Shown: in pieces, positions 27,923-37,923 of the stretch
How positions within the stretch are numbered: position 1 is the first letter of the stretch
How the letters are laid out: each line of letters starts with the position of its first letter
DNA from: a virus
IMG/VR virus record: IMGVR_UViG_3300028043_000001
Location: 52,437-116,436 of that record
Strand: one strand, 5' to 3'
DNA length: 64,000 nucleotides
Made by a program: the position numbers and the translations under genes
Notes under the pieces: generated by a model
Told to the model about the DNA's origin: nothing
The model's database searches: none
Seen by the model: only the letters and a program-made list of their open reading frames with translations

Positions 27923-28971
27923 TGGCAATATTGCGGGCTCATTCATTTGGTGCTAGCTTCGGATTTGGATACAACCCTCCTGAGCCGGGGATCGACTATT
28001 ATGGTGGTGGCAGCAATTGGCTATCTACAGTAGGCGGTAGGTTGGAGTTTGGGGTGAAAGTCGCAGCGGGAAACTCGCCTTGGGAGAAGTACTGGATACA
28101 ATCCTCTTTCGCCGCAAAAAGTGAAATTTATGTGCAGATATGTGAGAAAACTGGCGTAGGAGTCAGTAATGATTATAGGTGGATTACTTTTCGTGCAGGC
28201 ACTACTGAGTTGGTTGTTGCTAAATTAAAAACCGATGAGTCAATAGATTTTTACCGTGGGGATCCCGATGTGGGAGGTGTCTTGCTAGGTAGTACTAGCA
28301 TTGATACTCTCCGGATTGATGGAGTATTTGCCTATTATGAGTTTCGTGTTAAAATTGATGGCTCTGCTGGAGTTGTTAAAATGAGAAAGGACGGCTTCGA
28401 AGTTTTTAGTTTCACTGGCAACACAAAACCTGGGGCAGAAACAACTATCGACAATATTAGAACGTACAACACCCCCCCAGGTATGATATATAGCGATTTC
28501 ATCATTAACGACACTTTGGGGTCCTACAACAATTCTTGGCCAGGTGGTGCACATGTAGAATTTATAAAGCCGGATGCTGCAGGTGCCGTTACGGAATGGC
28601 TGCCTTCATCAGGCTCTAATTATCAATGCGTTGATGAATTTCTTCCCTCCGCATCCGATTATGTTACCACAGATATTCCTAATGTTGTTGACGTTTATAA
28701 TCTTGCGTCTATTGATGGCAGCGCCATTGTAGTGAGTGCAATCATCCCTATGTACCACATCCACTATGATGGTGATCCTCAAACCAAGTATTATCAGAGA
28801 GTTTTACGTGCAGGTACGACAAACTATACTAGTGCCTCGAGGCTAGCACCTGCCTCGACAATGACATTGGATAGCTGGGAGGTATTAGAAACTAATCCTG
28901 CAACTGGTGCACCTTTCACAGTAAGTGAAATTAACAATTTACAGTTGGGGCTTAAGGCAGTGACGTCTTAA
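27922..28971 (+). CDS. Putative virion protein, paralog 1 (beta-sandwich domains)
   Basis: Shares G..V....DG...F.FTG.T, D.IIN...GSY.NSWPGG and NYQCVDE with the next two genes. Confidence 0.7.
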   Translation: MAILRAHSFGASFGFGYNPPEPGIDYYGGGSNWLSTVGGRLEFGVKVAAGNSPWEKYWIQSSFAAKSEIYVQICEKTGVGVSNDYRWITFRAGTTELVVAKLKTDESIDFYRGDPDVGGVLLGSTSIDTLRIDGVFAYYEFRVKIDGSAGVVKMRKDGFEVFSFTGNTKPGAETTIDNIRTYNTPPGMIYSDFIINDTLGSYNNSWPGGAHVEFIKPDAAGAVTEWLPSSGSNYQCVDEFLPSASDYVTTDIPNVVDVYNLASIDGSAIVVSAIIPMYHIHYDGDPQTKYYQRVLRAGTTNYTSASRLAPASTMTLDSWEVLETNPATGAPFTVSEINNLQLGLKAVTS

Positions 28972-28985
28972 AGGGAGAGTAACAA

Positions 28986-30002
28986 ATGGCATTATTAGTA
29001 TGCGCTGGAGCAGAAAGTTCTGTATATGAGGTGAGTTGGGGTGGTGTCTGCGTACAAAGCTCTACGCGGGCTCGATCTGGGACATACTCATTTCGTTTAA
29101 ACGGCGGATATGCTTCAGGATCTGGTATGAATCCCAACTGGATTGGCTTAAATTTTGTTGCAGGCTCTACTATTTATTTTCAAGTCGCGATTTATGTCAC
29201 GGAAGTTTTTGGAGGTACAACGAATAATAGAGTTTTTATATTTCGGTCAGGTAGCGTTTTTCAAATTGTAATGTCGGTGACCGGCAATTCTACATTTAAA
29301 CTTTGGCGAGGTGACTGTTGGTCTCCTGGTGTGGAAATTGCCTCGGTATCAGCAGGGTTCGCTCTTAATTCTTGGAACCTTTTTGAAGGATACCTCTATG
29401 TTGCGGACAGCAATGGAATTATTCAAATCAAGAAAGATGGGGTAATGCTTTTCGATTTTGTTGGCGATACACAATACGATACCAATACGATTGATTCTTT
29501 TGTTGTAGGGGTGACGTCGTCTGGGGGGACCGATTACTCATGGTACGATGACTTAATCATAAACAACAACCAAGGTAGCTACTTTAACAGTTGGCCAGGA
29601 GGAGTTCGGATTCACGCCTTAAGGCCTTCTGGTGTAGGTAACTACTCTCAATGGACACCCGCGGGCACCTCTCCTAACTGGGATTGTGTCGATGAAACTC
29701 CAGTTAGTAGCGCAGAGTACGTCCATACTGGGGTAGCTGGACAAAAAGATAGTTATCAAATGTCCAATTGTCCAACTGGGTTACATAGAGTCAGAGCAGT
29801 GGTACCTCAATTCTGGGGTGAAGGGGGCCAAGCCATTAAAAGATTATTACGCATAAGTAGCACTGACTACTTGGGGGCCACTGTTAACTTAACATCAAGC
29901 TTTGGTAAGGTTGAAGAAATCCACTATGTTTCACCCGCAACCAGCAGTGCTTGGACGCTTTCTGAGGTTGATGGACTTGAGAGTGGCATGGAGAACGTGT
30001 AG
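28986..30002 (+). CDS. Putative virion protein, paralog 2
   Basis: GNYSQWTP, NWDCVDETP, SPATS...SE...LESG. Confidence 0.7.
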   Translation: MALLVCAGAESSVYEVSWGGVCVQSSTRARSGTYSFRLNGGYASGSGMNPNWIGLNFVAGSTIYFQVAIYVTEVFGGTTNNRVFIFRSGSVFQIVMSVTGNSTFKLWRGDCWSPGVEIASVSAGFALNSWNLFEGYLYVADSNGIIQIKKDGVMLFDFVGDTQYDTNTIDSFVVGVTSSGGTDYSWYDDLIINNNQGSYFNSWPGGVRIHALRPSGVGNYSQWTPAGTSPNWDCVDETPVSSAEYVHTGVAGQKDSYQMSNCPTGLHRVRAVVPQFWGEGGQAIKRLLRISSTDYLGATVNLTSSFGKVEEIHYVSPATSSAWTLSEVDGLESGMENV

Positions 30003-30019
30003 TAGGGGAGGATTAGAGG

Positions 30020-31033
30020 ATGGCATTATTAGCATTCGCTGGAGCAGAGGATGGTCTTTTAGAAGTCTTGATCTCAGGAGATGTGACCCAAAACTCAGGC
30101 CAGGCAAGAACTGGAACATACTGCTTTAGGGTAAAGGGGATGTCTCCTACCGAATCTATCTTATCGAATTCCTTCACCCTTAACTTTCCTGAGCGGAGTG
30201 AGTTTTTTTGGCAGGCTGCAACAAGGGTAAGTAGCACAGCCACATATGGAGGATACAATCCATATCACATAGGGTGGTGTAAAGGCAATACGTTTTTGGG
30301 GTGCCTAATTACTGCAGGAACGTTAGCCTCTATGTTTGTTTGCCGCGGTGACAACTCCGGCACACTACTAGGAAGCATTAATGTTGGTATGCCTACTAAC
30401 AGCTGGTTGCTACTTGAGGGGCATGTAGTAATTCATAACACTACGGGTTTAGTTAAGGTTTGGGCTAATGGCATTCTTGTTTTCAACTATAGTGGCGATA
30501 CTCAACCTGGGTCTGACACAGGAGTAGATAATCTTCTTTTCTCGGGCACACCCACCACCTCAGGTTGGCAGTACTGGGATGATATGATAGTTGGAGATGT
30601 CCAGGGCAGTTACTTTAATAGTCAACTTGGGGGCCTAAAAATTCACCGCCTAGCTCCTACTGGCATAGGTAACTACTCCCAATGGACACCTGCTGGTTCA
30701 ACTCTTAACTGGGCTTGTGTCGATGAAACTCCAGTTAGTAGTGATGACTATGTGAAAGGCGCTGCGTCAGGTAACAAGGATTCCTATGCAATGGCTGATT
30801 GTCCATCGAATGTTTATGACGTGCAAGCAGTAGTCGCGCGCTATTGGGCCCAGGGAGGAGGTGGAATAAAAAGACTGCTGCGGATTGGGAGCACCGACTA
30901 CTTGGGAACTACTATCAATGTTTCTACTTCCCTCACGTACAATGACGATATTATGTATGTTAGCCCCGCCACCTCCAATCCTTTTACCGTAAGTGAGATA
31001 AATAGCCTTGAGAGCGGCATGGAAAGGCAGTAA
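30020..31033 (+). CDS. Putative virion protein, paralog 3
   Basis: C-terminal domain nearly collinear with paralog 2, including a 27-bp identical DNA stretch. Confidence 0.7.
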   Translation: MALLAFAGAEDGLLEVLISGDVTQNSGQARTGTYCFRVKGMSPTESILSNSFTLNFPERSEFFWQAATRVSSTATYGGYNPYHIGWCKGNTFLGCLITAGTLASMFVCRGDNSGTLLGSINVGMPTNSWLLLEGHVVIHNTTGLVKVWANGILVFNYSGDTQPGSDTGVDNLLFSGTPTTSGWQYWDDMIVGDVQGSYFNSQLGGLKIHRLAPTGIGNYSQWTPAGSTLNWACVDETPVSSDDYVKGAASGNKDSYAMADCPSNVYDVQAVVARYWAQGGGGIKRLLRIGSTDYLGTTINVSTSLTYNDDIMYVSPATSNPFTVSEINSLESGMERQ

Positions 31034-32905
31034 ATGGCCACCACTTCTTGGCAAAACCCAACGACGGCCGCTACTATTGATCGTGATGGCAAGGCGTCGT
31101 GGGCTTCAGTCGAACGCGCACTAGTTTCTGATAATCAGCGAACATACTGCGATGTAGCAACTAGCACCTATGGCGATTGGCTCAGACTTACCGGTTTCAA
31201 CCTTCTCAACTTAGTTCCCCACGAAGCCACCATCGATGGCATCGAAGTTGAGATTGAGGGCTACGCAGGGATAGCCAACAAGCTTAAAGACTCGGCTCTC
31301 TACCTACGCACAACTGCGGGCCAAACGAGTAACAACGGTGCCCTTCCAGATTATTATGACACCAGTGAAACTACCTACTTCCGGGGGGGTGCTTCCGATA
31401 CTTGGGGTACTACTTGGGCGAAAGAACATTTTAACAGCGATTTTGGCATCGATATTTCCATTCAAAACGATGATACATTAACACGGCGTTTTAACATTGA
31501 CTGTGTAAGAATAAGAGTTCACTTCACCGCTACAGGTGATACATATGTTGATGGCCACAGTTTACAACTGTTTAATCGCAACGATGGTATTTCAGGTCAC
31601 AGTTTACAACTGTTTAATCGCAACGATGGTATTTCAGGTCACAGTTTAAACCTCTTCTATAAGCCAAGAAGTTCTGGCTTCGAGTTTGACCCCCGAATAA
31701 TTGAGTACTGGCGGTTTGAAAACAACCTCAATGCAGAGAAGAGCGGTAATACTTTAACTGCATCTGCGGGCGGCGTTGGCTATAGCTCTAGCGCTCCCCT
31801 TGAGGGTGCCTTTACCCTCGATTTGGAATTTGATAATGACCAGTTCGCCTACCGAACCGATACTGACCTTAGCACCGGCTTTCCTTTTAAAAGCGGTGAT
31901 ACCAACAAGAAAGCCACTTTTTGTTGTTGGGTAACTCCCGAAAGTAGCGGCGCTTGGCGGTGCATCTGGTCAAAAACTAATTACTTTTGGGGTGGTGGTA
32001 ACAACTGTACTCATGCTAGTGTCGACTACGGTACCTTAAAAATTGGTTGGGGTTCTGCTACTAGTAATACTGACTATAATACGGGCATCACTTTAAATGC
32101 GGGAGTCTCCTACCATGTTGCTGTTGTAATTAATGGAGTTTATCCAGGGTCAATCTATGTAAGAGTTTACCGCGGCGATAATGGTACTATAAGCGAGCAT
32201 AGCGTAGGACTTTTGGACGCCCTTAATATTTGCAGCAGACCATTTAGAGTTGGGGCCTTTGCTGATCGTGATGCTGATAACACCTGGGATGGCAGGATTG
32301 ATGAGTTAGTAGTAGCCAATGCTTTACTTTCTCCCTATGAAATTGACCAGATTCGAGCTGGCACTTACGAGTATCAGCCTGGTGTTCATGGACATGCACT
32401 TCAAACTTTACTTGATGCTCCAGGTGTTCATGGTCATGCACTTCAAGCTCTACTCGATGCTCCTGGTGTCCATGGACATGCACTTCAAATTTTATATGAT
32501 AACTATGGCATTAAACTGGATAGAATCGGGACATCAGTTGTTTATAAGGTCGACAAAGTTTTTCTCTCGCGTATTGGCACTACAGTTGTTTGGTCAGACT
32601 CTATTAATGTAACGGTTGAACTAGCTGAAGCCGTGCAGCTACTAGCCTCACCCAGTTCTCCTAACTTGTTAACTGGGTCTTCAGTTAGTGTTGACGAAGC
32701 TTTACAGTTACTATCTACCCTCAACACGCCCTCACTTTCACTAGGCTCGACAACCGAGGTGGCCGAATTGCAATTGTTATCAGCATTATATAATCCTTCC
32801 TTCGTAGGTACTCCTACTGGAGAACTCCGAGTTTTCCCAGTACCCCTACCCGAAACGGTTTGGCAAAGCCAAGCAGGGAAAAGAATTTTTCCAATGAAAC
32901 CCTAG
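31034..32905 (+). CDS. Virion protein with LamG/concanavalin-like domain and 14-aa repeats
   Basis: YWRFE...T...WV...YHVAVV...WDGRIDEL...ALLS..EI LamG pattern. Confidence 0.75.
   Translation: MATTSWQNPTTAATIDRDGKASWASVERALVSDNQRTYCDVATSTYGDWLRLTGFNLLNLVPHEATIDGIEVEIEGYAGIANKLKDSALYLRTTAGQTSNNGALPDYYDTSETTYFRGGASDTWGTTWAKEHFNSDFGIDISIQNDDTLTRRFNIDCVRIRVHFTATGDTYVDGHSLQLFNRNDGISGHSLQLFNRNDGISGHSLNLFYKPRSSGFEFDPRIIEYWRFENNLNAEKSGNTLTASAGGVGYSSSAPLEGAFTLDLEFDNDQFAYRTDTDLSTGFPFKSGDTNKKATFCCWVTPESSGAWRCIWSKTNYFWGGGNNCTHASVDYGTLKIGWGSATSNTDYNTGITLNAGVSYHVAVVINGVYPGSIYVRVYRGDNGTISEHSVGLLDALNICSRPFRVGAFADRDADNTWDGRIDELVVANALLSPYEIDQIRAGTYEYQPGVHGHALQTLLDAPGVHGHALQALLDAPGVHGHALQILYDNYGIKLDRIGTSVVYKVDKVFLSRIGTTVVWSDSINVTVELAEAVQLLASPSSPNLLTGSSVSVDEALQLLSTLNTPSLSLGSTTEVAELQLLSALYNPSFVGTPTGELRVFPVPLPETVWQSQAGKRIFPMKP
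31556..31648 (+). repeat. Perfect 42-bp tandem repeat (about 2.2 copies), in frame
   Basis: Unit CACAGTTTACAACTGTTTAATCGCAACGATGGTATTTCAGGT. Confidence 0.95.
32378..32503 (+). repeat. Degenerate 42-bp tandem repeat (3 copies), in frame
   Basis: Encodes PGVHGHALQ followed by TLLDA, ALLDA and ILYDN. Confidence 0.9.
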
Positions 32906-32954
32906 AACAGTTTGCTACCGTACCCCGAATTCGTTCCGTTTTGTAACTCCACGA

Positions 32955-32970
32955 ACAATTTACTTTTTGA
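32955..32970 (+). promoter_or_regulatory. Candidate late-promoter/regulatory motif
   Basis: ACAATTTACTTTTTGA, 15/16 identical to 47360-47375. Confidence 0.45.
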
Positions 32971-33000
32971 TGAGATTCCGCGTGGGAGGAGGTCTTTACC

Positions 33001-34140
33001 ATGCCAGAGTTAGCAGTGAAAATACAAGAAGACGGCTTTAGATTCGAGCAGGCCCTTTTTGACATCGAGAAGAAAGCGGAAAAGATCGAGCAAGAGTCTG
33101 GCGAGCTGAAACGAATCGTCACCGGTTTTGCGGCTGTTGCGGATGTCATTGATTCACAGTTTGAGGTAATTACACGCGAGGCTTTAGAAGGAGCGTCAAA
33201 AGACCTTCTTCAATATACCACAGTACTGTATAATCATGACCCCAACCGTCCGATTGGTAAGGTTCTGGAAGCTCAACCTAAGGGTGACGGACTGTTCGTC
33301 AAAGTTCTGATTTCTGCCTCAGAGGATGAAATTTGGAACAAGATCACAGAGGGCATTATTTCCAAATTTAGCTTCCGGGGTTCCGTCACTGACTTCGAAG
33401 AGAAGTATGACAAAGGGCTACAAAAATATATCACTGTCATTAAAGGGTTCCGAATTTTCGAAGTTTCTTTGGTATCAGTACCTGCTAACCCACATGCTAA
33501 GACTCTACACTATTATCTCTCAAAAGCGTTGGAATCTGTTGAGAAACCAACAACCGAAAAGGAAGTTGAGCTTCCTCAACCAAAAGAAACAAAAGGAGGG
33601 CTTTTAAAAGCTATGGATAAGGAAAAGGCCAAAATGATCGCTGACTTAGTCGACAAGCTTATGGCGGCCCTCCAAGACATGCCACACAAAGTGGACGAGC
33701 GCCTTCTCGTGATTTGCCGGAAAATTAAATCCGAAATTTTGAGGGCAGCTGCTGGCGAGGATCAGCCGGCGTATCCCGAACCCTCTGCTGAGGAAAAGAT
33801 AATCGAAGGCTATGATCCTATCGCTGAGGGTTTCAAAAACCGCCTTGCCTCGTTTGAGGAGAAGGTGGCTAGCCTTGAGAAGCGGTTGGACGAGATTAAG
33901 CCGGCAATCGAAGAGATGTTGGTTGAAGGCATCAAAAGTGTAGCCGAGACTTTGGTCACTGACAAAATCGGGGACATTGAAAAAGAACTTGGCTCCCAAG
34001 CCGAAGTGCTGTCTAGCTTCATTGAGTTGCTAGATGCGCTTCGTCCACAACTTGGACTTCCTGTTCAGGAACAGGAGACTAATTTGCCATCAGCAAAGTC
34101 TGAAAAGTCTGAGGAGATTAAAGACGGAGGTGAATCCTAA
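33001..34140 (+). CDS. HK97-family prohead protease with C-terminal scaffold-like coiled coil
   Basis: GFAA....D, LYNHD..RPIG, FSFRG, EVSLVSVPANP. Confidence 0.93.
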   Translation: MPELAVKIQEDGFRFEQALFDIEKKAEKIEQESGELKRIVTGFAAVADVIDSQFEVITREALEGASKDLLQYTTVLYNHDPNRPIGKVLEAQPKGDGLFVKVLISASEDEIWNKITEGIISKFSFRGSVTDFEEKYDKGLQKYITVIKGFRIFEVSLVSVPANPHAKTLHYYLSKALESVEKPTTEKEVELPQPKETKGGLLKAMDKEKAKMIADLVDKLMAALQDMPHKVDERLLVICRKIKSEILRAAAGEDQPAYPEPSAEEKIIEGYDPIAEGFKNRLASFEEKVASLEKRLDEIKPAIEEMLVEGIKSVAETLVTDKIGDIEKELGSQAEVLSSFIELLDALRPQLGLPVQEQETNLPSAKSEKSEEIKDGGES

Positions 34141-35516
34141 TGCCTAACGAGCATATTGAAAAGGCCAAAGAACTTTTGGCTAAAATGAATGCTGACATTA
34201 ACAGGCAGCAGGAAGATAAGGATGTCAAAAAGCTCCTCGGCGATGTCCTAGACGAACTCAAAAAGGCAGGCGATGGCGAGCGTAAAGGCCGTTTTGACAC
34301 ACAAGATGCCCTCGAGGTTATTAAAACCACCCCCAATCCGGGGGCGGGGCTTCAAAAAATGGTGGAGGTTTCAACCTCTGATGGTCTTATCAAAGACTTT
34401 CAGCGGCTTAACGACGACATCTTTCTGTTGTCCCAGATGCTGAAAAAGGATCCCCGTGAGCTCAAAGTTTACCGGCAGCTCATGGAGCACCCCCTTGTTC
34501 AGAAAACCCAAGACTCTTTTGGTGGAGCTGGGCCTACCCTTTCAGGTCCGAGCACTCATTATGGTGCTGACTGGATTCCGATTGGGTTTTCAGCAGATTT
34601 GATCGACATCGTACGCATGCAGCTCAAAGTTGCTGCTTTGCATCGCCGTATTAACATGCCCAATCCGACTTACAAGCTACCTATTGGCGGCACTGATGTG
34701 ACTGCTTACCTAGTAGGTGAAACCATTACGTCGGGCTCTCCCGAAGGGAGACCGACTGCCTCGCTGCCAACCTCTGGTACTGGGGTAACTTTGGACGCCA
34801 AAAAGATCGGTGCGCTGGTATATTTCTCTGAAGAAATTACCGAAGATAGCATCATCCCCGTCCTTCCCTACCTACGGGATAACATGTCGCGCGCTATGGC
34901 TAATGCCCAAGAACATGCGGTAATCAATGGACAGAAAACTGGCACAATTGATACGGGGTACTCTATTGCCTCAACCGACGTTCGGAAAGCTTGGGATGGC
35001 TATAGGTACAATTGTCAGTCAGCGGCCAAAGCCGATTTTGGCACATGGTCCACAACTACTGCCACTGGCCTTCTGCGCGGCTTGCGAGCGAAAATGGGTA
35101 AATACGGCGTTGATCCCAAAAACCTAGTTTGGGTTACCAGTATTGCAGGCTATCATCAGATGCTTGGTAACGCCGATCTTTTAACCCTCGATAAATACGG
35201 CCCCAATGCGACCTTGCTTAGTGGTGAGCTTGGGAAGTTTGACAACATCCCAATTATCGTCAGCGAGTATGTCGCCGAGAATTTGAATGCCCTCGGCGTC
35301 TATGATGGTGTTACCACGACCAAAACCTTGGTTGCGTTGGTTTACACTCCTGCGTGGCTGTTTGGAGATCGTCGGTCTATCACTGTTAAGACTAAGGACA
35401 ATCCTGAGGATGACAACCATCTTCTGGTCTGTCACCAGCGGCTCGATTTCAAACCCCTGTATAATGTGTCAACAGAGTACATTATCGCACTGGGGTACAA
35501 TCTTGCCAAACTCTAA
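34140..35516 (+). CDS. Major capsid protein, HK97 fold
   Basis: Delta-domain-like N-terminus, IP.GFS..LI, V.E, L.AKK......SEE..EDS, INGQ. Follows the protease. Confidence 0.92.
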   Translation: MPNEHIEKAKELLAKMNADINRQQEDKDVKKLLGDVLDELKKAGDGERKGRFDTQDALEVIKTTPNPGAGLQKMVEVSTSDGLIKDFQRLNDDIFLLSQMLKKDPRELKVYRQLMEHPLVQKTQDSFGGAGPTLSGPSTHYGADWIPIGFSADLIDIVRMQLKVAALHRRINMPNPTYKLPIGGTDVTAYLVGETITSGSPEGRPTASLPTSGTGVTLDAKKIGALVYFSEEITEDSIIPVLPYLRDNMSRAMANAQEHAVINGQKTGTIDTGYSIASTDVRKAWDGYRYNCQSAAKADFGTWSTTTATGLLRGLRAKMGKYGVDPKNLVWVTSIAGYHQMLGNADLLTLDKYGPNATLLSGELGKFDNIPIIVSEYVAENLNALGVYDGVTTTKTLVALVYTPAWLFGDRRSITVKTKDNPEDDNHLLVCHQRLDFKPLYNVSTEYIIALGYNLAKL

Positions 35517-35541
35517 TCAGATCTTTTGATCTGGTTGGTTA

Positions 35542-35574
35542 TCTAGGGGAGCAAAGCTCCCCTAGAGTTTTTTT
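35542..35574 (+). terminator. Intrinsic terminator after the capsid gene
   Basis: TCTAGGGGAGC-AAA-GCTCCCCTAGA then GTTTTTTT. Confidence 0.9.
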
Positions 35575-35727
35575 GACCCGTGCTTTTGCAACACGAATAT
35601 TTCAACTTATTGATTGAGGCCGGCGCAATACATGCGCCCTTATGATTAACCTTCAACCTCTGGTGTTTTTTAATAGCCAAAATTCAAACACCAGAGAATA
35701 AACCCTTTTTTGGTTTAGTTCCTCCAC

Positions 35728-35761
35728 CTCCAGGATTTCCGAAATTTCGGAAATCCTGGAG
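35728..35761. repeat. Perfect 34-bp palindrome
   Basis: CTCCAGGATTTCCGAAATTTCGGAAATCCTGGAG equals its own reverse complement. Confidence 0.95.
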
Positions 35762-35786
35762 CCCTTTTAGGGACAAATTAGAAAGC

Positions 35787-35963
35787 ATGATATCGACCCA
35801 ATATCACTTAGAAGTTTACTTACTACCCAATGTTTGTTCCCTCAACGTTTCTTTGGGCAAAGTAGAAGTAGCCCTAAAACCTGCTCCCACGATTGAGATT
35901 AACACATCCCTTACCATTTCAACCAACGTTTTCCTCCGCAGCGAAGTGATCAGTGGGGGGTAG
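35787..35963 (+). CDS. Possible 58-aa protein (not in ORF track)
   Basis: MISTQYHLEVYLLP...VISGG*. Weak RBS. Confidence 0.3.
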   Translation: MISTQYHLEVYLLPNVCSLNVSLGKVEVALKPAPTIEINTSLTISTNVFLRSEVISGG

Positions 35964-36022
35964 CTGCAGGCTTTTTTGTCAAATTTTAAAGAGGAATACT
36001 TTTACTTTGGGGGATTTGGAAA

Positions 36023-37909
36023 ATGGCAATTGGCGACGATTTCAGTGTTGCGGTAAATGGTGATATTCGCCACGTATCCGGAACTGACCGATATACAGTT
36101 CTTGCTTTTCATCGTTGGCTACAAAATTTGGCTGACAATCCATCATCGTCAAACGATGACCTGCTCGACATCACGAGCAGCACTCCGTCTGCACGGGCGA
36201 CTGATAACATCATCACGCTGAATAGCCCTTATAACATTGATGATACCGCGGCTAAGTATCTGTATAATGGCTCAATTGAGCAGGCGGCTGGAGGTACCTT
36301 ATACTCGGGGCTGGTTGTTGTGGGATCAGTGTATGCTGGTACAACCCTACAGGTTGTTCAAAACAACGCTCTATATGACGGTGATACGCCGTTTTGGGGT
36401 CAAGGCATTAACACAGACGCTGCAGCCAATATTTTGAGCCGCATGCTTATCAAAACCCGATCAGGGGGTTCAGATATTGATGGCAAACGAATACGTGTAT
36501 ATGCCCGCGAATGGGGTCAATCGTATGCTGAGTTTGAAGTTACTATGGGCTTAGGCAACTCGGTTGCAGCTATTTTTACCTCCCAAGATTTGAACAACCA
36601 GACAGCTTTTGCTACCGTCGCTGGAATGACAACCATCACGAACGTGGAGGGCTACCAACTTATTGATTTAAACAACGGCAACAGTGATCGACCCTACTAC
36701 GCACAATGGAATCGTACCGCCAACTACACCATTAATCAGCTTTACGAAAGGGCTAAATACCTGTCTGTTAGAGGAACCTCTGAAACTCTTTATGGGTTAG
36801 ACGGTGAGCTTTTTCGGGGAATTACCCACCAGATTTTGTGCGACAACCCTAGCGGCACGCCGTTCAACGCGGTCGAGAATATCACTTGGTCTGGAGGGAC
36901 TGGGAGACTCCTTGCCCGCGTGAAATGTGACAGCGGCAGCACAACAATTGACGTTGTTGCCTCTGCAGGCACCTACACCCGATCGTCCGGCAGCTTCCTA
37001 ACCGATGGCTTCCTCCCAGGGATGCTCGTGCAGTTTACAGGATACTCCAACAGCGGAAATAATGCTCTCAAAACCATCTCTACAGTAACCGCCACAGTAA
37101 TCACCGTAACCAGCACTTCGGGTCTAGTTGATGAGTCCGGCACTGGAGACGAGAGGGCATTAACTGTGTTGCTCTGGATGCAACTTCTAACTGGCGTGCA
37201 ACCCACCGACAACCAACAAATCACTGGCAGCGCTTCAGGAGCGACCGCCGACGTTAACGTTTCGGTTACAGCGCGATCACTCACCGGCGTCTTCCTCGGA
37301 CAGTCTACTGGTTCTGCAATTATTGGTGGCTATGGTGTGGGGTTTAATCCTCTTTATCTAACGAAAGATGATAAGATTTTCGACCTGACTAACACCCAGC
37401 AAACTCCTCCCAATAACGTTGTTTTCTATGTTTATGGCTTAGCATCTGGTGAGGATAGAGTTTTGGTGACCAATGCACAGGGACTAGGTATTGACTTCGA
37501 TCAAATGTCATTAACAACCACCCTCAACGGCGGCTCTGAAACAGCGGTGGTGGTGAACTCAATTCCTGCGGACACTCCTCAAACCGGAAACTTGCGCATT
37601 CAGCTTGATACTGGCATCTATCGCCTCGTACCGTACACAGCCCACAACGGGTCAACTACGTTTACAATCGCATCAACAGATTTTACAGATCCCAATGACG
37701 CGACCAGCGGCAACAACGTTTTTCTGGGCTACATCGACAAGGAGGCTACTGCGGCCACCGAGTCAGTTACTTTAAAGTATAGCGCTGACCGTACCTTATT
37801 CGTGCGAGTTAGAGATGGAGGTGCCTCCCCCATTAAAACTTTTGAAACCACCGCTGCACTGGGTACCGGAGGAGGTTCAGCTACCGCAAACAGGATTACG
37901 GATGCTTAA
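36023..37909 (+). CDS. Large beta-rich virion structural protein
   Basis: T/G/S/N-rich composition and position after the capsid gene. Confidence 0.7.
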   Translation: MAIGDDFSVAVNGDIRHVSGTDRYTVLAFHRWLQNLADNPSSSNDDLLDITSSTPSARATDNIITLNSPYNIDDTAAKYLYNGSIEQAAGGTLYSGLVVVGSVYAGTTLQVVQNNALYDGDTPFWGQGINTDAAANILSRMLIKTRSGGSDIDGKRIRVYAREWGQSYAEFEVTMGLGNSVAAIFTSQDLNNQTAFATVAGMTTITNVEGYQLIDLNNGNSDRPYYAQWNRTANYTINQLYERAKYLSVRGTSETLYGLDGELFRGITHQILCDNPSGTPFNAVENITWSGGTGRLLARVKCDSGSTTIDVVASAGTYTRSSGSFLTDGFLPGMLVQFTGYSNSGNNALKTISTVTATVITVTSTSGLVDESGTGDERALTVLLWMQLLTGVQPTDNQQITGSASGATADVNVSVTARSLTGVFLGQSTGSAIIGGYGVGFNPLYLTKDDKIFDLTNTQQTPPNNVVFYVYGLASGEDRVLVTNAQGLGIDFDQMSLTTTLNGGSETAVVVNSIPADTPQTGNLRIQLDTGIYRLVPYTAHNGSTTFTIASTDFTDPNDATSGNNVFLGYIDKEATAATESVTLKYSADRTLFVRVRDGGASPIKTFETTAALGTGGGSATANRITDA

Positions 37910-37923
37910 GTGGGAGGTTACGA

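Noticed and set aside
28986-31033. Paralogous 3' regions as a DGR template/variable repeat pair
   Set aside because: No reverse transcriptase in the window, both copies are coding, and the differences are mostly synonymous and not adenine-specific.
31556-31648. 42-bp direct repeats as a CRISPR array
   Set aside because: The units are contiguous with no spacers, they are in-frame coding repeats, and no cas operon is present.
35575-35700. tRNA gene in the post-capsid gap
   Set aside because: No T-loop GTTCRA or cloverleaf could be recognised.
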